Source: an uncultured Candidatus Saccharibacteria bacterium (lineage in GTDB: Bacteria > Patescibacteriota > Minisyncoccia > Phycocordibacterales > UBA6899). Taken from it: DNA of 64,000 nt. Of this stretch, positions 29,509 to 39,951 are shown in pieces. The notes below the pieces were generated by a model. It made no database searches and was not told the DNA's origin. It was given only the letters and a program-made list of their open reading frames with translations. Made by a program: the position numbers and the translations under genes. The stretch spans positions 115,243 to 179,242 of the forward strand of contig CAZERF010000001.1 of assembly GCA_964515375.1 (NCBI GenBank), in the 5' to 3' direction. Numbering within the stretch: the stretch's first letter is position 1; each line of letters opens with the position of its first letter.

Positions 29509-30856
29509 GGAAGAGTAGGAGCGCGCTGTCGATACGTGCAATGGTCTCCCCTTTTCCCAGTATCGCGGCGAGCTGGAACGGGTCAGGTGAGCGTTCCTTT
29601 CCCGAAAGAGCGAAGCGAAGCGGCCAAAGGACTGCACCCCTCCCCTTTTCTTCTGCGTAGGCCCAGAGGGCATTTTTGAGCTCTTGAGGGGTATATGCTT
29701 GCTCGGAAAGGTCGAGTAGGATGGCACGAACATGAGCGAGTCGTTCTTTGAGGGCTTGCTCGTCCTGGTCTTCTTTCCAGAAGAGTGCCTCCTTGGGGAA
29801 AAGTGGTCGTGTGGTGTAAAAGGAGAGGTCGCCCGCTTCGAACATCGCGCGTACTTCACCGAAGTGATTGATCCGCTCAAGTATGACCGGAGCAACGCGG
29901 CGGAAGAGATCGTCCGAGAAACCGGGAGAGTTCACAAAAGATTCCGGAAGCGCTTTTCGCAACAAGGAGAGTTGCTCCTCCCCCGATAGTTGCTTGATGT
30001 GCTCGCGGTTGACCCATTCGAGTTTTTCTGACTTGAAGATCGCTCCGGGTTTCTGCATGCGTTCGAGCGAGAACTCGCGGATGAGTTCGTCGATCGTAAA
30101 TATCTCTTGTGTCGTCCCCGGATTCCATCCGAGGAGGGCCATGAAATTGAGGAGCGCTGCGGGTAGGTATCCCTCATCGCGATACTCGAGCGTGGGGCGA
30201 ACGGTCGGGTCGCGCTTGGAAAGTTTGGCGCGCTCTTCATTCAGGATAACCGAAGCGTGTGCGTAAACGGGTCGCGGCGCTCCGATCGCTTCCTGGATAA
30301 GTATCTGTCGTGGCGTGTTGGAGACATGCTCTTGTCCCCGAATTACATGAGTCACACCCATCTCGAAGTCATCGACGACAACAGTGAAATGATAGATAGG
30401 GCTTTCGAGGTCGCGTGCGATCACAAAGTCGCCAAGTTCTGTCGTGTCGAAGGAGATATCACCAAGTACCTCGTCGTGAAAGGTTACGCGTGTATTCGGA
30501 TTGCGAAAACGGATCACCTCCGCGCGATCTCCTTCTTTCTTTTGTTCTTCCTTGGAGATGTACACCTTGTCTTCCGCGATCAGGCGTTCAAGATAGCGTT
30601 TGTAGATATCCGTTCGTTCGGATTGTCGGTAGAACTGATCGTACTCGAGTCCGAGCCACGCGAAGACCTCAATAAAGTAGTCTTCAAACTCTTTCTTTGA
30701 GCGAACGGGATCGGTATCTTCGCTGCGCAAAATGAATGTCCCTCCGTGTTTTCGGGCGAAGAGATAGTTGTAGAGCGCGGAGCGAATACCTCCAACGTGA
30801 AATCGCCCGGTTGGACTTGGGGCAAATCGTGTAACAACAGTTCGGGATGGTTCAGT
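29495..30856 (-). CDS. gltX: Glutamyl-tRNA synthetase
   Basis: MTEPSRTVVTRFAPSPTGRFHVGGIRSALYNY is the HIGH region; the KMSKS-like motif is KLSKRD. The stop overlaps the downstream M23 start by 14 nt. An alternative start lies at 30877. Confidence 0.95.
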   Translation of the reverse strand, partial: TEPSRTVVTRFAPSPTGRFHVGGIRSALYNYLFARKHGGTFILRSEDTDPVRSKKEFEDYFIEVFAWLGLEYDQFYRQSERTDIYKRYLERLIAEDKVYISKEEQKKEGDRAEVIRFRNPNTRVTFHDEVLGDISFDTTELGDFVIARDLESPIYHFTVVVDDFEMGVTHVIRGQEHVSNTPRQILIQEAIGAPRPVYAHASVILNEERAKLSKRDPTVRPTLEYRDEGYLPAALLNFMALLGWNPGTTQEIFTIDELIREFSLERMQKPGAIFKSEKLEWVNREHIKQLSGEEQLSLLRKALPESFVNSPGFSDDLFRRVAPVILERINHFGEVRAMFEAGDLSFYTTRPLFPKEALFWKEDQDEQALKERLAHVRAILLDLSEQAYTPQELKNALWAYAEEKGRGAVLWPLRFALSGKERSPDPFQLAAILGKGETIARIDSALLLFHETP

Positions 30857-31979
30857 CATGATGAGTAACAATGGCAAGTAATGCCGCAGCGATCTTTTCG
30901 GCGGCGTCGGTTTTGGTGAACGCGCGAGCGCTCTCCTCCATTTCGTGAAGTTTTTGCTCGTTGGTCAGAATAGAGGTGATCACGGAGAAGAGTAAAGAGG
31001 GCTTGAGGTTCTGCTCCTCGATGACCATCGTTGCGCCAGTGCGCGCATAGCTGTATGCATTCTTGCTTTGATGATCATTCCGGGCGATGGCAAGGGGAAT
31101 AAGAATCGACGCCTTCCCCCAGAGTGCGATTTCGAATATTGTCGAACCTGCTCGAGAAATGACCAACGTTGTTCCTTTTGCTGCTACGCGGAGACTTTTT
31201 GCATCCAAAAAGCCGTACGGGCGATAACGCTCAGGATGGTCGTGCCCCGCAAGTACTCCCGCGGCTCGTTTTCTCATCCAGAGGAGATTTGCTTCCCCTG
31301 TTTGGTGGATCACCTGGTATTGCTCAAGGAGTTGAGGAAGAATATCGATGATGTTCTCGTTGATCTTTTCCGCACCCTGCGAACCGCCAAGCACAAGAAT
31401 GGTCGGGATCCCCTGTTCAAGCTTGAAGAATTCCATAGGGTCATCGTCGGGGACTTCAAGAAGCGCCTTGCGTACAGGTTGCCCTGTGTAGGCGACACGG
31501 TCTTTGTGCTTGAACTGCTCCACCGCTTCTGGATACGAGATCGCGATCTTTTCGGCATAATCGGCAATGTAGCGATTCACGCGACCCGGGACGATATCGG
31601 ATTCATGGATGACAACCGGAATGCGTAGTAGTCGCGCCGCAAAGAGTGCGGGAAAGCTTGCATACCCACCTTTCCCAAAAACGACATCGGGGTAGATCAG
31701 GAACATTTTCCACGTCGCAACAATGCAGGCACCAAAGGTTTTGAAGAGATCAAGAAAGTTTTGAAAAGAGGAATAGGTGCGACGCTTTCCTGTGCGCACT
31801 TCGATATATTTAATATCAAGGTGTTCCAAAAGGGCAGGTTCGATCGGTTTGTCGGACATAAAAAAGAGTTTGACTCCGACAAGATGTTTTTCGTCGGCGA
31901 TGCGCTGGAGCGCCTCGATCACCGCAATGATCGGGTAGAAATGCCCTCCTGTTCCTCCTCCTGCAAATAAGATCTTCAT
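30852..31979 (-). CDS. murG: Undecaprenyldiphospho-muramoylpentapeptide beta-N-acetylglucosaminyltransferase MurG
   Basis: MKILFAGGGTGGHFYPIIAV N-terminus and GT28 family conservation. Confidence 0.9.
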   Translation of the reverse strand: MKILFAGGGTGGHFYPIIAVIEALQRIADEKHLVGVKLFFMSDKPIEPALLEHLDIKYIEVRTGKRRTYSSFQNFLDLFKTFGACIVATWKMFLIYPDVVFGKGGYASFPALFAARLLRIPVVIHESDIVPGRVNRYIADYAEKIAISYPEAVEQFKHKDRVAYTGQPVRKALLEVPDDDPMEFFKLEQGIPTILVLGGSQGAEKINENIIDILPQLLEQYQVIHQTGEANLLWMRKRAAGVLAGHDHPERYRPYGFLDAKSLRVAAKGTTLVISRAGSTIFEIALWGKASILIPLAIARNDHQSKNAYSYARTGATMVIEEQNLKPSLLFSVITSILTNEQKLHEMEESARAFTKTDAAEKIAAALLAIVTHHD

Positions 31980-33073
31980 ACGCGTCGATAACGTGAAATA
32001 TTAAGCAATATGCCGACTTCAACCATTGCGATCAAAAGGGCCGTCCCTCCTTGACTGACAAAGATGAGCGGGATACCCGTGAGTGGCGCAAGGGCAAGCA
32101 TTGCACCGATATTGGTGAATGATTGCGACACGATCAGTATAACAAGACCGACCGCAAAGAGTCCACTGAAGCGGTCGGGGGCGCGTGATGCGATCCAGAG
32201 CCCCCGTAATCCGAATAATAGGTAAAGAAGTACGAGAATGGAAGCCCCCACAAAGCCCAGCTCTTCTGATGCGACCGCAAAGACAGAATCACCGTGTGCT
32301 TCCGGAAGATAATTAAATTTTTGAACACTTTGACCCAATCCTTGACCGAACAACCCTCCTGCCCCGATCGCGATCAATGATTGGTGAACCTGATATCCTG
32401 AACCTTGAAGGTCGTCATGCTCGAAAAAGGTCGTGATGCGGTCCATAACGTAAGGTCGCGCAAAGGCGAGTCCCGCAATAAGCCCGACAGCAAGAAGGAA
32501 GAGTAGTGCAAGTTCGCGCACCTTCGCCCCTGCGGCGATATACATCGCGGTTCCACCCGCCGCTGCAATGATGAATGTCCCCGTGTCGGGTTGGGAAAGA
32601 AGCAGTGCTCCGGCGACGCCAAACATCCCCATGAGTGGATAGAAGCCAAAATATGGAGAATTGATGCGTTTCTTTATGAACGTGAACCATGTTGCAAGAT
32701 AAAGAATGATCCCGAATTTAAGGAATTCTCCCGGCTGGAAGGTTGTGATCCCGAGGTCGAGCCAGCGTCGTGCTCCACCGTGCTCCATTCCGATACCGGG
32801 AACAAAGACAAGGGCCGAGCAAATGATAGAGGCGATAAGTATCCAAAAGGCAAAGCGACGCCAAAAAATGTATTTTATCCGAGAAGCAACGAACATCCCT
32901 ATTCCACCCAAGAAGAGCCCAAAACCGATCTGTCCAACCAGAAGACTTGTGAACTTCTCTTCATCGTTGGCAAGTGTGCCGAGTGCGGCGGACACAAAAA
33001 TAAGAAAACCAAGCCCCAACAAGGAGAGGACAATGGAAAGGAATATCTTATCGACGCCGCGTGATGGTGACAT
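31976..33073 (-). CDS. ftsW: Peptidoglycan glycosyltransferase FtsW/RodA (SEDS family)
   Basis: Polytopic membrane protein with the SEDS motifs (...FQPGEFLKFGIILYLATWF...). The likely start is MSPSRGVDKIFLSIVL at 33073. The track ORF extends to 33805 through an Arg-rich frame overlapping mraY, which I take as spurious. Confidence 0.85.
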   Translation of the reverse strand: MSPSRGVDKIFLSIVLSLLGLGFLIFVSAALGTLANDEEKFTSLLVGQIGFGLFLGGIGMFVASRIKYIFWRRFAFWILIASIICSALVFVPGIGMEHGGARRWLDLGITTFQPGEFLKFGIILYLATWFTFIKKRINSPYFGFYPLMGMFGVAGALLLSQPDTGTFIIAAAGGTAMYIAAGAKVRELALLFLLAVGLIAGLAFARPYVMDRITTFFEHDDLQGSGYQVHQSLIAIGAGGLFGQGLGQSVQKFNYLPEAHGDSVFAVASEELGFVGASILVLLYLLFGLRGLWIASRAPDRFSGLFAVGLVILIVSQSFTNIGAMLALAPLTGIPLIFVSQGGTALLIAMVEVGILLNISRYRRV

Positions 33074-33129
33074 AATCCCTATTATACCCCATCGAACACG
33101 CATTCTTTGTCCACAGTGCGTGTTGAGAT

Positions 33130-34185
33130 TCAGCCGATAAGCGCGACAATGACCCCGAGTACGGCGAGGATCATGCTGAGCACCCAATACCGCATGGTCA
33201 CCTTTGCTGCGGACCAGCCGATGGCTTGAAAATGGTTGTGGAGCGGAGCAACAACAAAGACCTTCTTCCCTCCTCTGAATCGTTTGGAGAGGATCTGGAT
33301 GATACTTGAAGCGCTTGTCGCGATGAGCAGGAAAGCAATGATAAGGAGCGGTACGACTGCTTTTGACAAGAAGGCCACCACAACGATCGACGTGGTCAAT
33401 GCCATTGTTCCCGTCTCTGAGTTGAAGAAACGCGCGGGAGGTATGTTGAACCAAAGGAATGCAAGGAGGCCACCCACGACGACGGAACAATATGCCGCAA
33501 GGTCGATCTGGCCGTTTGCATAGGCAATGATGGCATACGCGCTGTAAATCGTCGCGAAGACACCGCCAGAGAGCCCGTCGACTCCATCGATGATCCCACC
33601 CGAATAGATTCCGATAATGAAGAGAATGAATACGGGAACAAAAAAGAGTCCGAGCGTAAGGTCGCCGTAGAATGGGATATGAATGGAGGACATTTCCAAT
33701 TTGACGTAGAACCACCATGCTCCGAGCACGCCGAGCAGGAAGACAAAGAAGAGTCGTGTCGAGAGTGAAAGTCCCCCGCCCTTGTATGTTCCGCGGTCGC
33801 GACACACCAGATAATCATCGATGAGCCCACAGAGCGCTCCTGCGATCAGCGTGAAGAGTGGAAGCCGTGTTTGATTGCGCGAAAGAAAGTTCATTTTTTC
33901 AGCAGCGGGGTCGGAGGAAAATTCAGCAAGAATCCAGAAGAGAAATGTTGTGACGAGGACACTCCCCCAGACAACCATTCCACCCATGCGTGGGGTCTTT
34001 CGCTCTTCGTCGTTGTGGAGACGAGCAGAGATCGCCGCGACCTTTCCGTCGATCGTGTTCTGCACGCTTGTTTTTTTCCACATCTTGTTGCGATAGAGAA
34101 AGTTTGCAATGAACGGAGTCATTGCAATACCGACAAAGAATGCGGTCGCGGCGGGAAGAAGGATCTTGAGGACATCGATGGGCAT
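33130..34185 (-). CDS. mraY: Phospho-N-acetylmuramoyl-pentapeptide transferase MraY
   Basis: 351 aa with 10 TM segments and conserved MraY cytoplasmic loops (...DDYLVCRDRG..., ...PLHNHFQAIGW...). Confidence 0.9.
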   Translation of the reverse strand: MPIDVLKILLPAATAFFVGIAMTPFIANFLYRNKMWKKTSVQNTIDGKVAAISARLHNDEERKTPRMGGMVVWGSVLVTTFLFWILAEFSSDPAAEKMNFLSRNQTRLPLFTLIAGALCGLIDDYLVCRDRGTYKGGGLSLSTRLFFVFLLGVLGAWWFYVKLEMSSIHIPFYGDLTLGLFFVPVFILFIIGIYSGGIIDGVDGLSGGVFATIYSAYAIIAYANGQIDLAAYCSVVVGGLLAFLWFNIPPARFFNSETGTMALTTSIVVVAFLSKAVVPLLIIAFLLIATSASSIIQILSKRFRGGKKVFVVAPLHNHFQAIGWSAAKVTMRYWVLSMILAVLGVIVALIG

Positions 34186-34197
34186 GATAGGGGGATG

Positions 34198-35241
34198 CTA
34201 TCTCGTAAAGGATCCTTCTTTTTCTCTTGTGATCGCATCGAGCGTTGCGGTAATAAGCGTATCGACATCATGGAAGCGACCGGTGCGAGATGAGCCGAGC
34301 ACGACGATGACCACAGGCCTCTTGAGCCCAATGTCGACAATGACCGCAAGGTTCCCTCCGGCAAGGTCGGTGTATCCGGTCTTTGAGCCAATGAGCCCTG
34401 AAACCGCGGCAACTCCTGAGTTGGTGTTGGCGACATGGTGAACAATGTTATCAGTCGAACGAAATTCCGCCTGAGGATATGCGGTCGCGGTGAAGAGTTC
34501 GGGGTGATGTCGGAAGATGTATTCGAAAAGCATCGCTACATCGCGCGCCGTTCCATATGCCCCACCGGTCACACTGTCGATATCAAGCCCGCTTTCATTC
34601 AGGAAATACGTATCGACAAGCCCTATCGCTTGAGCCTTTTCATTCATACGACGGATGAATTGCCGTTTGTTCTCAAATGCGTCAGACGTTGAGGCGGTGC
34701 GCACAAGCGCGATCTTTGCCCCCGCGACACTGGCGATCGCCGAAGCTGCATCGTTCGAAGAGGTGATGAGTGTGAAGTCAAGCAGGTCGGAAAATGACCA
34801 TCGTTCACCCGAGAAGAGTCCACTATCACCTTCTTGGGTCAGATCTTCCGGGGAAATGATAACAGTCTCACTTTTAGGAAGAACGTCGTTGGCAACGAGG
34901 GCCATCATCATTTTTGTCAGGGAGGCAAGCGGAAGCGGTGCGTGTTCGTTGTAAGAATAGAGCGTACGATGAGTAGCGATATCCCATACAAAAACACTTT
35001 TCGCTTCAAGTTGCAGCCCGTCATAAGGACCTGTCGGGGCAATCAAGACGGTCGTTGTTGCCGGTGCTTGTGTCTCCCCCGCCTGCGCGACTGAGGCCGA
35101 CTGTGTGGTCATGGACGGATCGCGCGTCTCGTCCTTGGTTGGAGTATTCGTCCCTTGTATCGCCTGCATGACATTTGGTCCAGCAAGAAAACCGACAATG
35201 AGAGCCAAGAGAAAAAGTTGTGTGTGTGTTGTTCCGGTCAT
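34198..35241 (-). CDS. D-alanyl-D-alanine carboxypeptidase (S11, PBP5/6-like)
   Basis: Signal peptide/TM, then SxxK (ASLTKMM), SxN (SSN) and KTG (KTGYT) motifs. Confidence 0.75.
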   Translation of the reverse strand: MTGTTHTQLFLLALIVGFLAGPNVMQAIQGTNTPTKDETRDPSMTTQSASVAQAGETQAPATTTVLIAPTGPYDGLQLEAKSVFVWDIATHRTLYSYNEHAPLPLASLTKMMMALVANDVLPKSETVIISPEDLTQEGDSGLFSGERWSFSDLLDFTLITSSNDAASAIASVAGAKIALVRTASTSDAFENKRQFIRRMNEKAQAIGLVDTYFLNESGLDIDSVTGGAYGTARDVAMLFEYIFRHHPELFTATAYPQAEFRSTDNIVHHVANTNSGVAAVSGLIGSKTGYTDLAGGNLAVIVDIGLKRPVVIVVLGSSRTGRFHDVDTLITATLDAITREKEGSFTR

Positions 35242-36005
35242 GATGTTGCTCGGTCTTCTTCGGTGTGTTCGTCAAGTTCTTGATCAAGAAAGTTCTCTCC
35301 CGCAATGTCTTCTTCAGCAAGATCCGCGAGAAGCTCGTCGTGCTCAATATTCTCGTGGTCGCGCCCCGGTTCTTCTGTGGGGTATTCATTGTTCGTGATC
35401 TCCTCCCCTTCTTTAACGATCTCGGAAGGTTCGTTCTTCCCTTCTTCCTTTTGTGTGCTTAAGAATCCTTCAAGAGTATGCATCGTTTCTTCGTAAGCGG
35501 GGAGCTCTTCCACTTTTGTAACGCCCATGTATTCCAAAAGCGCGAAGGTCGGCTTGTAGAGAAAGCTGCGTTGATCGTTCGGGTTGTCGATCTTTTCAAC
35601 AAGTCCGCGGATGAGGAGGTTACGCAAGATGAAGGTGGAGTTCACTCCGCGAATGTGGTCGATCTCAGCGCGCGAGAGCGGGCCCTTGTAAAGCACGATC
35701 GAGAGTGTCTCAAGAGAGGCCTTTGAAAGTTCTTTAGAGAGCTCTTCTTTTGTTATTGCATCGATCAGGGAGCTCGCTTCGGGGGCAGTCGTGAGAACAA
35801 CCTCGTTTTTCATCCGCACGAGGCGGAGTCCGCTTGTTGAAAGTTGTGCTTCGAGGATCTCTACCGCTTTTACGATCTCCTCTTGAGAATGCTTGAGAAG
35901 ATGCGCGAGTCGCGCGAATGAGAGCGGTTCGGCTTGATAGAAAAGAATCGCCAAAATAGCGTTTTCGAGCGTGATATCGGACATATTGCCCTTAGTGTAG
36001 CGCAA
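35238..36005 (-). CDS. scpB: Segregation and condensation protein B
   Basis: Tandem winged-helix ScpB fold (ILAILFYQAEPLSFARLAHLL...). It has an acidic C-terminal tail and lies downstream of scpA. Confidence 0.8.
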   Translation of the reverse strand: MRYTKGNMSDITLENAILAILFYQAEPLSFARLAHLLKHSQEEIVKAVEILEAQLSTSGLRLVRMKNEVVLTTAPEASSLIDAITKEELSKELSKASLETLSIVLYKGPLSRAEIDHIRGVNSTFILRNLLIRGLVEKIDNPNDQRSFLYKPTFALLEYMGVTKVEELPAYEETMHTLEGFLSTQKEEGKNEPSEIVKEGEEITNNEYPTEEPGRDHENIEHDELLADLAEEDIAGENFLDQELDEHTEEDRATS

Positions 36006-36052
36006 TAAGTGTCATTTTCCAAGCAAGAAACGGTCAATTCTTGGGGAAAAGC

Positions 36053-36868
36053 CTAACCGTAAGAGGGGGTACCAAACTGGTGTGTTTCAATGTCGATATC
36101 CCCAAAATCTTCATGCTGGGTGACAGAAACAACCCCCTGCTTGACGAGTTCAAGCATAGCGAGGAATGAAACAATGATCTCGACACGGTGCTCCTTGGGA
36201 ACAGCCTTCCCTTTTTCGTAGCGAGAGAATTGCGTGAAGGTCATGCGAAGTGTTTTGGTGACCCGCGAAGAAAGTCGTTCCATCATTTCTTCCAAGGAAA
36301 CAACCTTTTTTATTGTTGCCTTTGGAACTGTTGTCTTTTTGGGGAGTGCGTTGATCACATCGGTGATCGCCGCAAACGACTGCGCGGGGCTGAGACGTGC
36401 GTCTGGTGCGAATACGGGGCGCATTTCAGGTCTTCCGCTGCGCTCACGGAGGATTCGTTTGCCGTAGATCTTGCGGAGCTGTTCGCCGAGTGAGCGGAAT
36501 ATCTCAAAAAGCGCAAGGCGTTTCTTGAGATCATCAATATCGGTCTCTTCTTCTTTGGTGAGGTCAAGTTCGGGGAGTAGTGTCTTTGATTTAATGAGCA
36601 CGAGCGTCGAGGCGACGAGCAGGAAGTTCGCGACATCGTTCATTGGAAAGCGTTCAAATGTGCGAATGTGTGAGATATAATCGTCCGCAACGCGTGACAA
36701 AGAAAAATCACTGATGAAAAGTTTTCGCTTTTCGATCAGGGAAAGCAAAAGATCAAGCGGACCTTCGAATTGCTCCGTTTTGACATGATATCCTACTTTG
36801 TATTCGCCGATGACCGCATCCTCCGTTTCCATATTCTTTATTGTAGCAATTTTTGAGAACGGAATCAC
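36053..36868 (-). CDS. scpA: Segregation and condensation protein A
   Basis: FEGPLDLLLSLIEKRKLFISDFSLSRVADDY is the kleisin N-domain signature. Confidence 0.8.
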   Translation of the reverse strand: MIPFSKIATIKNMETEDAVIGEYKVGYHVKTEQFEGPLDLLLSLIEKRKLFISDFSLSRVADDYISHIRTFERFPMNDVANFLLVASTLVLIKSKTLLPELDLTKEEETDIDDLKKRLALFEIFRSLGEQLRKIYGKRILRERSGRPEMRPVFAPDARLSPAQSFAAITDVINALPKKTTVPKATIKKVVSLEEMMERLSSRVTKTLRMTFTQFSRYEKGKAVPKEHRVEIIVSFLAMLELVKQGVVSVTQHEDFGDIDIETHQFGTPSYG

Positions 36869-36881
36869 GGGGTATGCGGGA

Positions 36882-38273
36882 TCACTTGATGATCCGAATA
36901 CCGAGCTCGACGAGTTGCTCCGGTGAGAGTGTTGCGGGTGCCGCCATCATGAGGTCTTTTCCCTCCCCTGTTTTCGCAAACGCGATGACCTCGCGAATGT
37001 TCGGTTCGTTCTGAAGTATCGCCATGAGTCGATCGAGTCCCCATGCGATCCCTCCGTGTGGAGGAGCACCAAAGGAGAACGCCTCAAGCATGTGTCCGAA
37101 GTTTGCAGTGATCGCTTCGTCGGAATGCCCCATGATCCGAAGTACTTGTGCGAGGGCTTCAGGGACGTGGTTGCGAATGCTTCCGCCGCCGATCTCGAAT
37201 CCGTTGAGCGCGACATCGTACTGTGTCGTAAGGATTTCCCCGATATGTTCGCCTTTCATGAGCCATTCGATATGCTCGGGAACCGGTTGCGAGAAGGGGT
37301 TGTGTGTAAACGTCCACCCTCCGTTGTCGGCACGTTCAAAGAACGGAAAATCGACGACCCAGCAGAATGCGAGGAGATCGGGATCGTTCTTGTCCTTGCG
37401 GATATCCGGCTTGTCGTTTCCATATTGTTCCATCGCCTCTTTGTAAGTCATGCGTGGAAACGGGATCTCCTGGATCTTTTTGTGTGGCGCGATTGTACGT
37501 ACAAGCTCGATAAGGAGACGCTCATTGAGCTCCATCACATCTTCTCGCTTCACAAAGCTCATCTCCATATCGAGTTGTGTAAACTCCGGTTGACGATCTC
37601 CGCGTGTGTCTTCGTCGCGCATACAGCGAGCAAACTGGAAGTAGCGCTCAAAGCCCGCGACCATCAACAGTTGCTTGTACTGTTGCGGTGATTGGGGAAG
37701 AGCGTAGAATTTTCCTTGTTCGAGACGGGAGGGCACAACATAGTCTCGAGATCCTTCCGGAGTGGACTTGGAAAGGAGTGGCGTCTCGATCTCGATAAAT
37801 TTCTCGCGAGAGAGGAAGTTCCGAATGAAGAGTTCGACCTCGTGTCGCGTGCGAATATTCTTTTGTAGTCGGGGACGTCGAAGATCGAGGTAGCGATATT
37901 TCAAACGAACATCCTCGCTGATGTCTCTTCCGTCCGAGCGCACGTCAAAGGGTACTGTTTCCGCCTTGTTCAACACTGTGATCTCAAGGATCTCGATCTC
38001 GAGCATCCCGTTCTGTTCTTCCTGCTTGATCATCTTTTCGGGGCGAGGGTTGACCTTGCCGCGCACTTCAATGACCCATTCAGTGCGCAGTGTGTCTGCG
38101 ACATCGTGCGCCGCGGTATTGTGCGGAAGTGCTACCATCTGCACCATTCCGGACATGTCACGCATGTCGACGAAAATGAGTTTTCCATGATCGCGTCGTG
38201 TGTCGACCCATCCTCGCAAGCAAACCTCTCCCCCGATCTTTTCTTTGAGTGAACCGATATATGTGCGTTCCAT
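36882..38273 (-). CDS. Class IIb aminoacyl-tRNA synthetase, short form (AspRS type 2 or AsnRS)
   Basis: 463 aa. N-terminal OB anticodon-binding domain. Motif 2 is FRDED...QPEFTQLDMEMSF and motif 3 is GFEIGGGSIR...GLDRLMAIL. There is no bacterial GAD insertion. I cannot tell Asp from Asn specificity by eye. Confidence 0.8.
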   Translation of the reverse strand: MERTYIGSLKEKIGGEVCLRGWVDTRRDHGKLIFVDMRDMSGMVQMVALPHNTAAHDVADTLRTEWVIEVRGKVNPRPEKMIKQEEQNGMLEIEILEITVLNKAETVPFDVRSDGRDISEDVRLKYRYLDLRRPRLQKNIRTRHEVELFIRNFLSREKFIEIETPLLSKSTPEGSRDYVVPSRLEQGKFYALPQSPQQYKQLLMVAGFERYFQFARCMRDEDTRGDRQPEFTQLDMEMSFVKREDVMELNERLLIELVRTIAPHKKIQEIPFPRMTYKEAMEQYGNDKPDIRKDKNDPDLLAFCWVVDFPFFERADNGGWTFTHNPFSQPVPEHIEWLMKGEHIGEILTTQYDVALNGFEIGGGSIRNHVPEALAQVLRIMGHSDEAITANFGHMLEAFSFGAPPHGGIAWGLDRLMAILQNEPNIREVIAFAKTGEGKDLMMAAPATLSPEQLVELGIRIIK

Positions 38274-38286
38274 ATCATTGATACGA

Positions 38287-39342
38287 TTAAGCGAAATAAT
38301 TGATCTTCATGCGCGTGCGGACATCATCAAGGGTTTCCTTCGCGACGTCACGTGCGGCTCTTGTCCCTTCTTCGAGTATGTCCATCACATGTTTGGGATT
38401 CCTTGCGTATTCTTCTCGCCGCTCGCGAATTGGTGCAAGGGATTCATTGAGAATATTCACAAGGCGCTTCTTTAGTTCTACGTCACCGATCCCTCCTTGT
38501 CGATATCCTTGTTTGAGCTCGAGAAGTCCACGGGGGTCAGGGTCAAAAACATCAAGATAGGTGAACACAACATTCCCTTCGACCCGCCCGGGGTCGCTTG
38601 CATGAATATGTTTCGGATCGGTATACATCTGCATGACCTTTTTCTCAGTGTCCTTGGGAGAATCGGCAAGAAATATTGCATTGTTGAGAGATTTGGACAT
38701 TTTTGCCTTTCCGTCAATGCCGGGCATGCGACCGTTCTTTGGCACAAGCGGATGGACTTTGGAAAAGGTTTTTCCGTACAAGCGATTGAAGGAGTCGAGG
38801 ATCTCGTTGGTCTGTTCGAGGACGGGAAGTTGATCCTCTCCCACGGGAACAACCGTTGCCTTGAAGGTAAGGATGTCCGCCGCTTGAGAAACGGGGTACG
38901 CAAGAAAACCGACGGGAAGATGTTCCCCGAATCCCTTTTGTTTGATCTCGGTTTTTACGGTCGGGTTTTGCTTGAGTCGGGCAAGCGTGACAAGGTTGAG
39001 AAAAAATATTGTCAGTTCTGCGATCTCGGGTACTTGTGATTGGATGAAAAAAATGGAACGTTTCGGGTCAAGGCCGCAGGCCAAATTGTCGAGTGCGACC
39101 TCCAAGACTGAACCACGAACCTTCTCGGGGTTGTCCGCGTTGTCGGTGAGTGCTTGCACGTCCGCGATCATGTAAAAAAGTTCCGATCCTTCGTTTTGGA
39201 GCGCGATCCTGTTCTCGATCGAACCGACAAAATGTCCGAGATGAAGCTTCCCGGTCGGTCGGTCGCCCGTTAACACCCTCCCCTCCGTCTTTTTTGTCAT
39301 AATCGGCATTCTAGCAGAAAGTGCGCTCCTTTGGTAGTTCAT
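38287..39342 (-). CDS. trpS: Tryptophanyl-tRNA synthetase
   Basis: HIGH-like TGKLHLGH and KMSKS both present. Confidence 0.95.
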   Translation of the reverse strand: MNYQRSALSARMPIMTKKTEGRVLTGDRPTGKLHLGHFVGSIENRIALQNEGSELFYMIADVQALTDNADNPEKVRGSVLEVALDNLACGLDPKRSIFFIQSQVPEIAELTIFFLNLVTLARLKQNPTVKTEIKQKGFGEHLPVGFLAYPVSQAADILTFKATVVPVGEDQLPVLEQTNEILDSFNRLYGKTFSKVHPLVPKNGRMPGIDGKAKMSKSLNNAIFLADSPKDTEKKVMQMYTDPKHIHASDPGRVEGNVVFTYLDVFDPDPRGLLELKQGYRQGGIGDVELKKRLVNILNESLAPIRERREEYARNPKHVMDILEEGTRAARDVAKETLDDVRTRMKINYFA

Positions 39343-39366
39343 ACTCCCCCTTCTCCGGAGGATGGG

Positions 39367-39846
39367 CTAAAATTCATTTTTCCCCGTCCCTTTTTCTCCG
39401 ATCTCGATCATGATGACGCGATAGCCGATCCATGCGTCATATGCCGCAAAGAGTGCACCAACCAGGATCGCCAACATTCCCGCAAGGAAAAAGATGAGCG
39501 ACGAAATGGTTACCGCTGGGGAGGGAAACCAATGCTGTATCCCGATCCCAAAAGAGGTCAAAATAAAGCACCCCACGGCACTTGAATAGCCAATGACCGC
39601 GTTGCGCACAAATCCGACCCTAATGCGTAGTTCATGAAGTTGTCGGTCTACGTTTCCAATACGTGAGTTGTTGATACGTTCCCCATTCTTCTCTTTTTCC
39701 GATGCGATACGCTTTTCTGCGGCAAAGGCACGCATCCGATCAATGATGAGTGAATACTTGTTGTTCATACTGAGTAAAAGCAGTCCGCACGCGGAGATCA
39801 TGACCGCAGGGGCCAGCATTGTTTGGATCACATTTGCAGTTATCAT
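39367..39846 (-). CDS. Hypothetical membrane protein, 159 aa, ~3 TM helices
   Basis: Clean ORF of the DUF2721-like class. I recognise no motif. Confidence 0.45.
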   Translation of the reverse strand: MITANVIQTMLAPAVMISACGLLLLSMNNKYSLIIDRMRAFAAEKRIASEKEKNGERINNSRIGNVDRQLHELRIRVGFVRNAVIGYSSAVGCFILTSFGIGIQHWFPSPAVTISSLIFFLAGMLAILVGALFAAYDAWIGYRVIMIEIGEKGTGKNEF

Positions 39847-39951
39847 GGTGTTTAGGATATGCCCATTCTTGAATTGATAAGAAAATGCAATGAAATTATA
39901 CCCTCAGACTCCATCATCCTGTCAAAAATGAGATGAGTGCCTTGAGAAAGA

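Noticed and set aside
33074-33805. N-terminal extension of the FtsW ORF (Arg/Cys-rich, 244 aa)
   Set aside because: It overlaps mraY in another frame. The genuine FtsW start is the Met at 33073, where TM helices begin.
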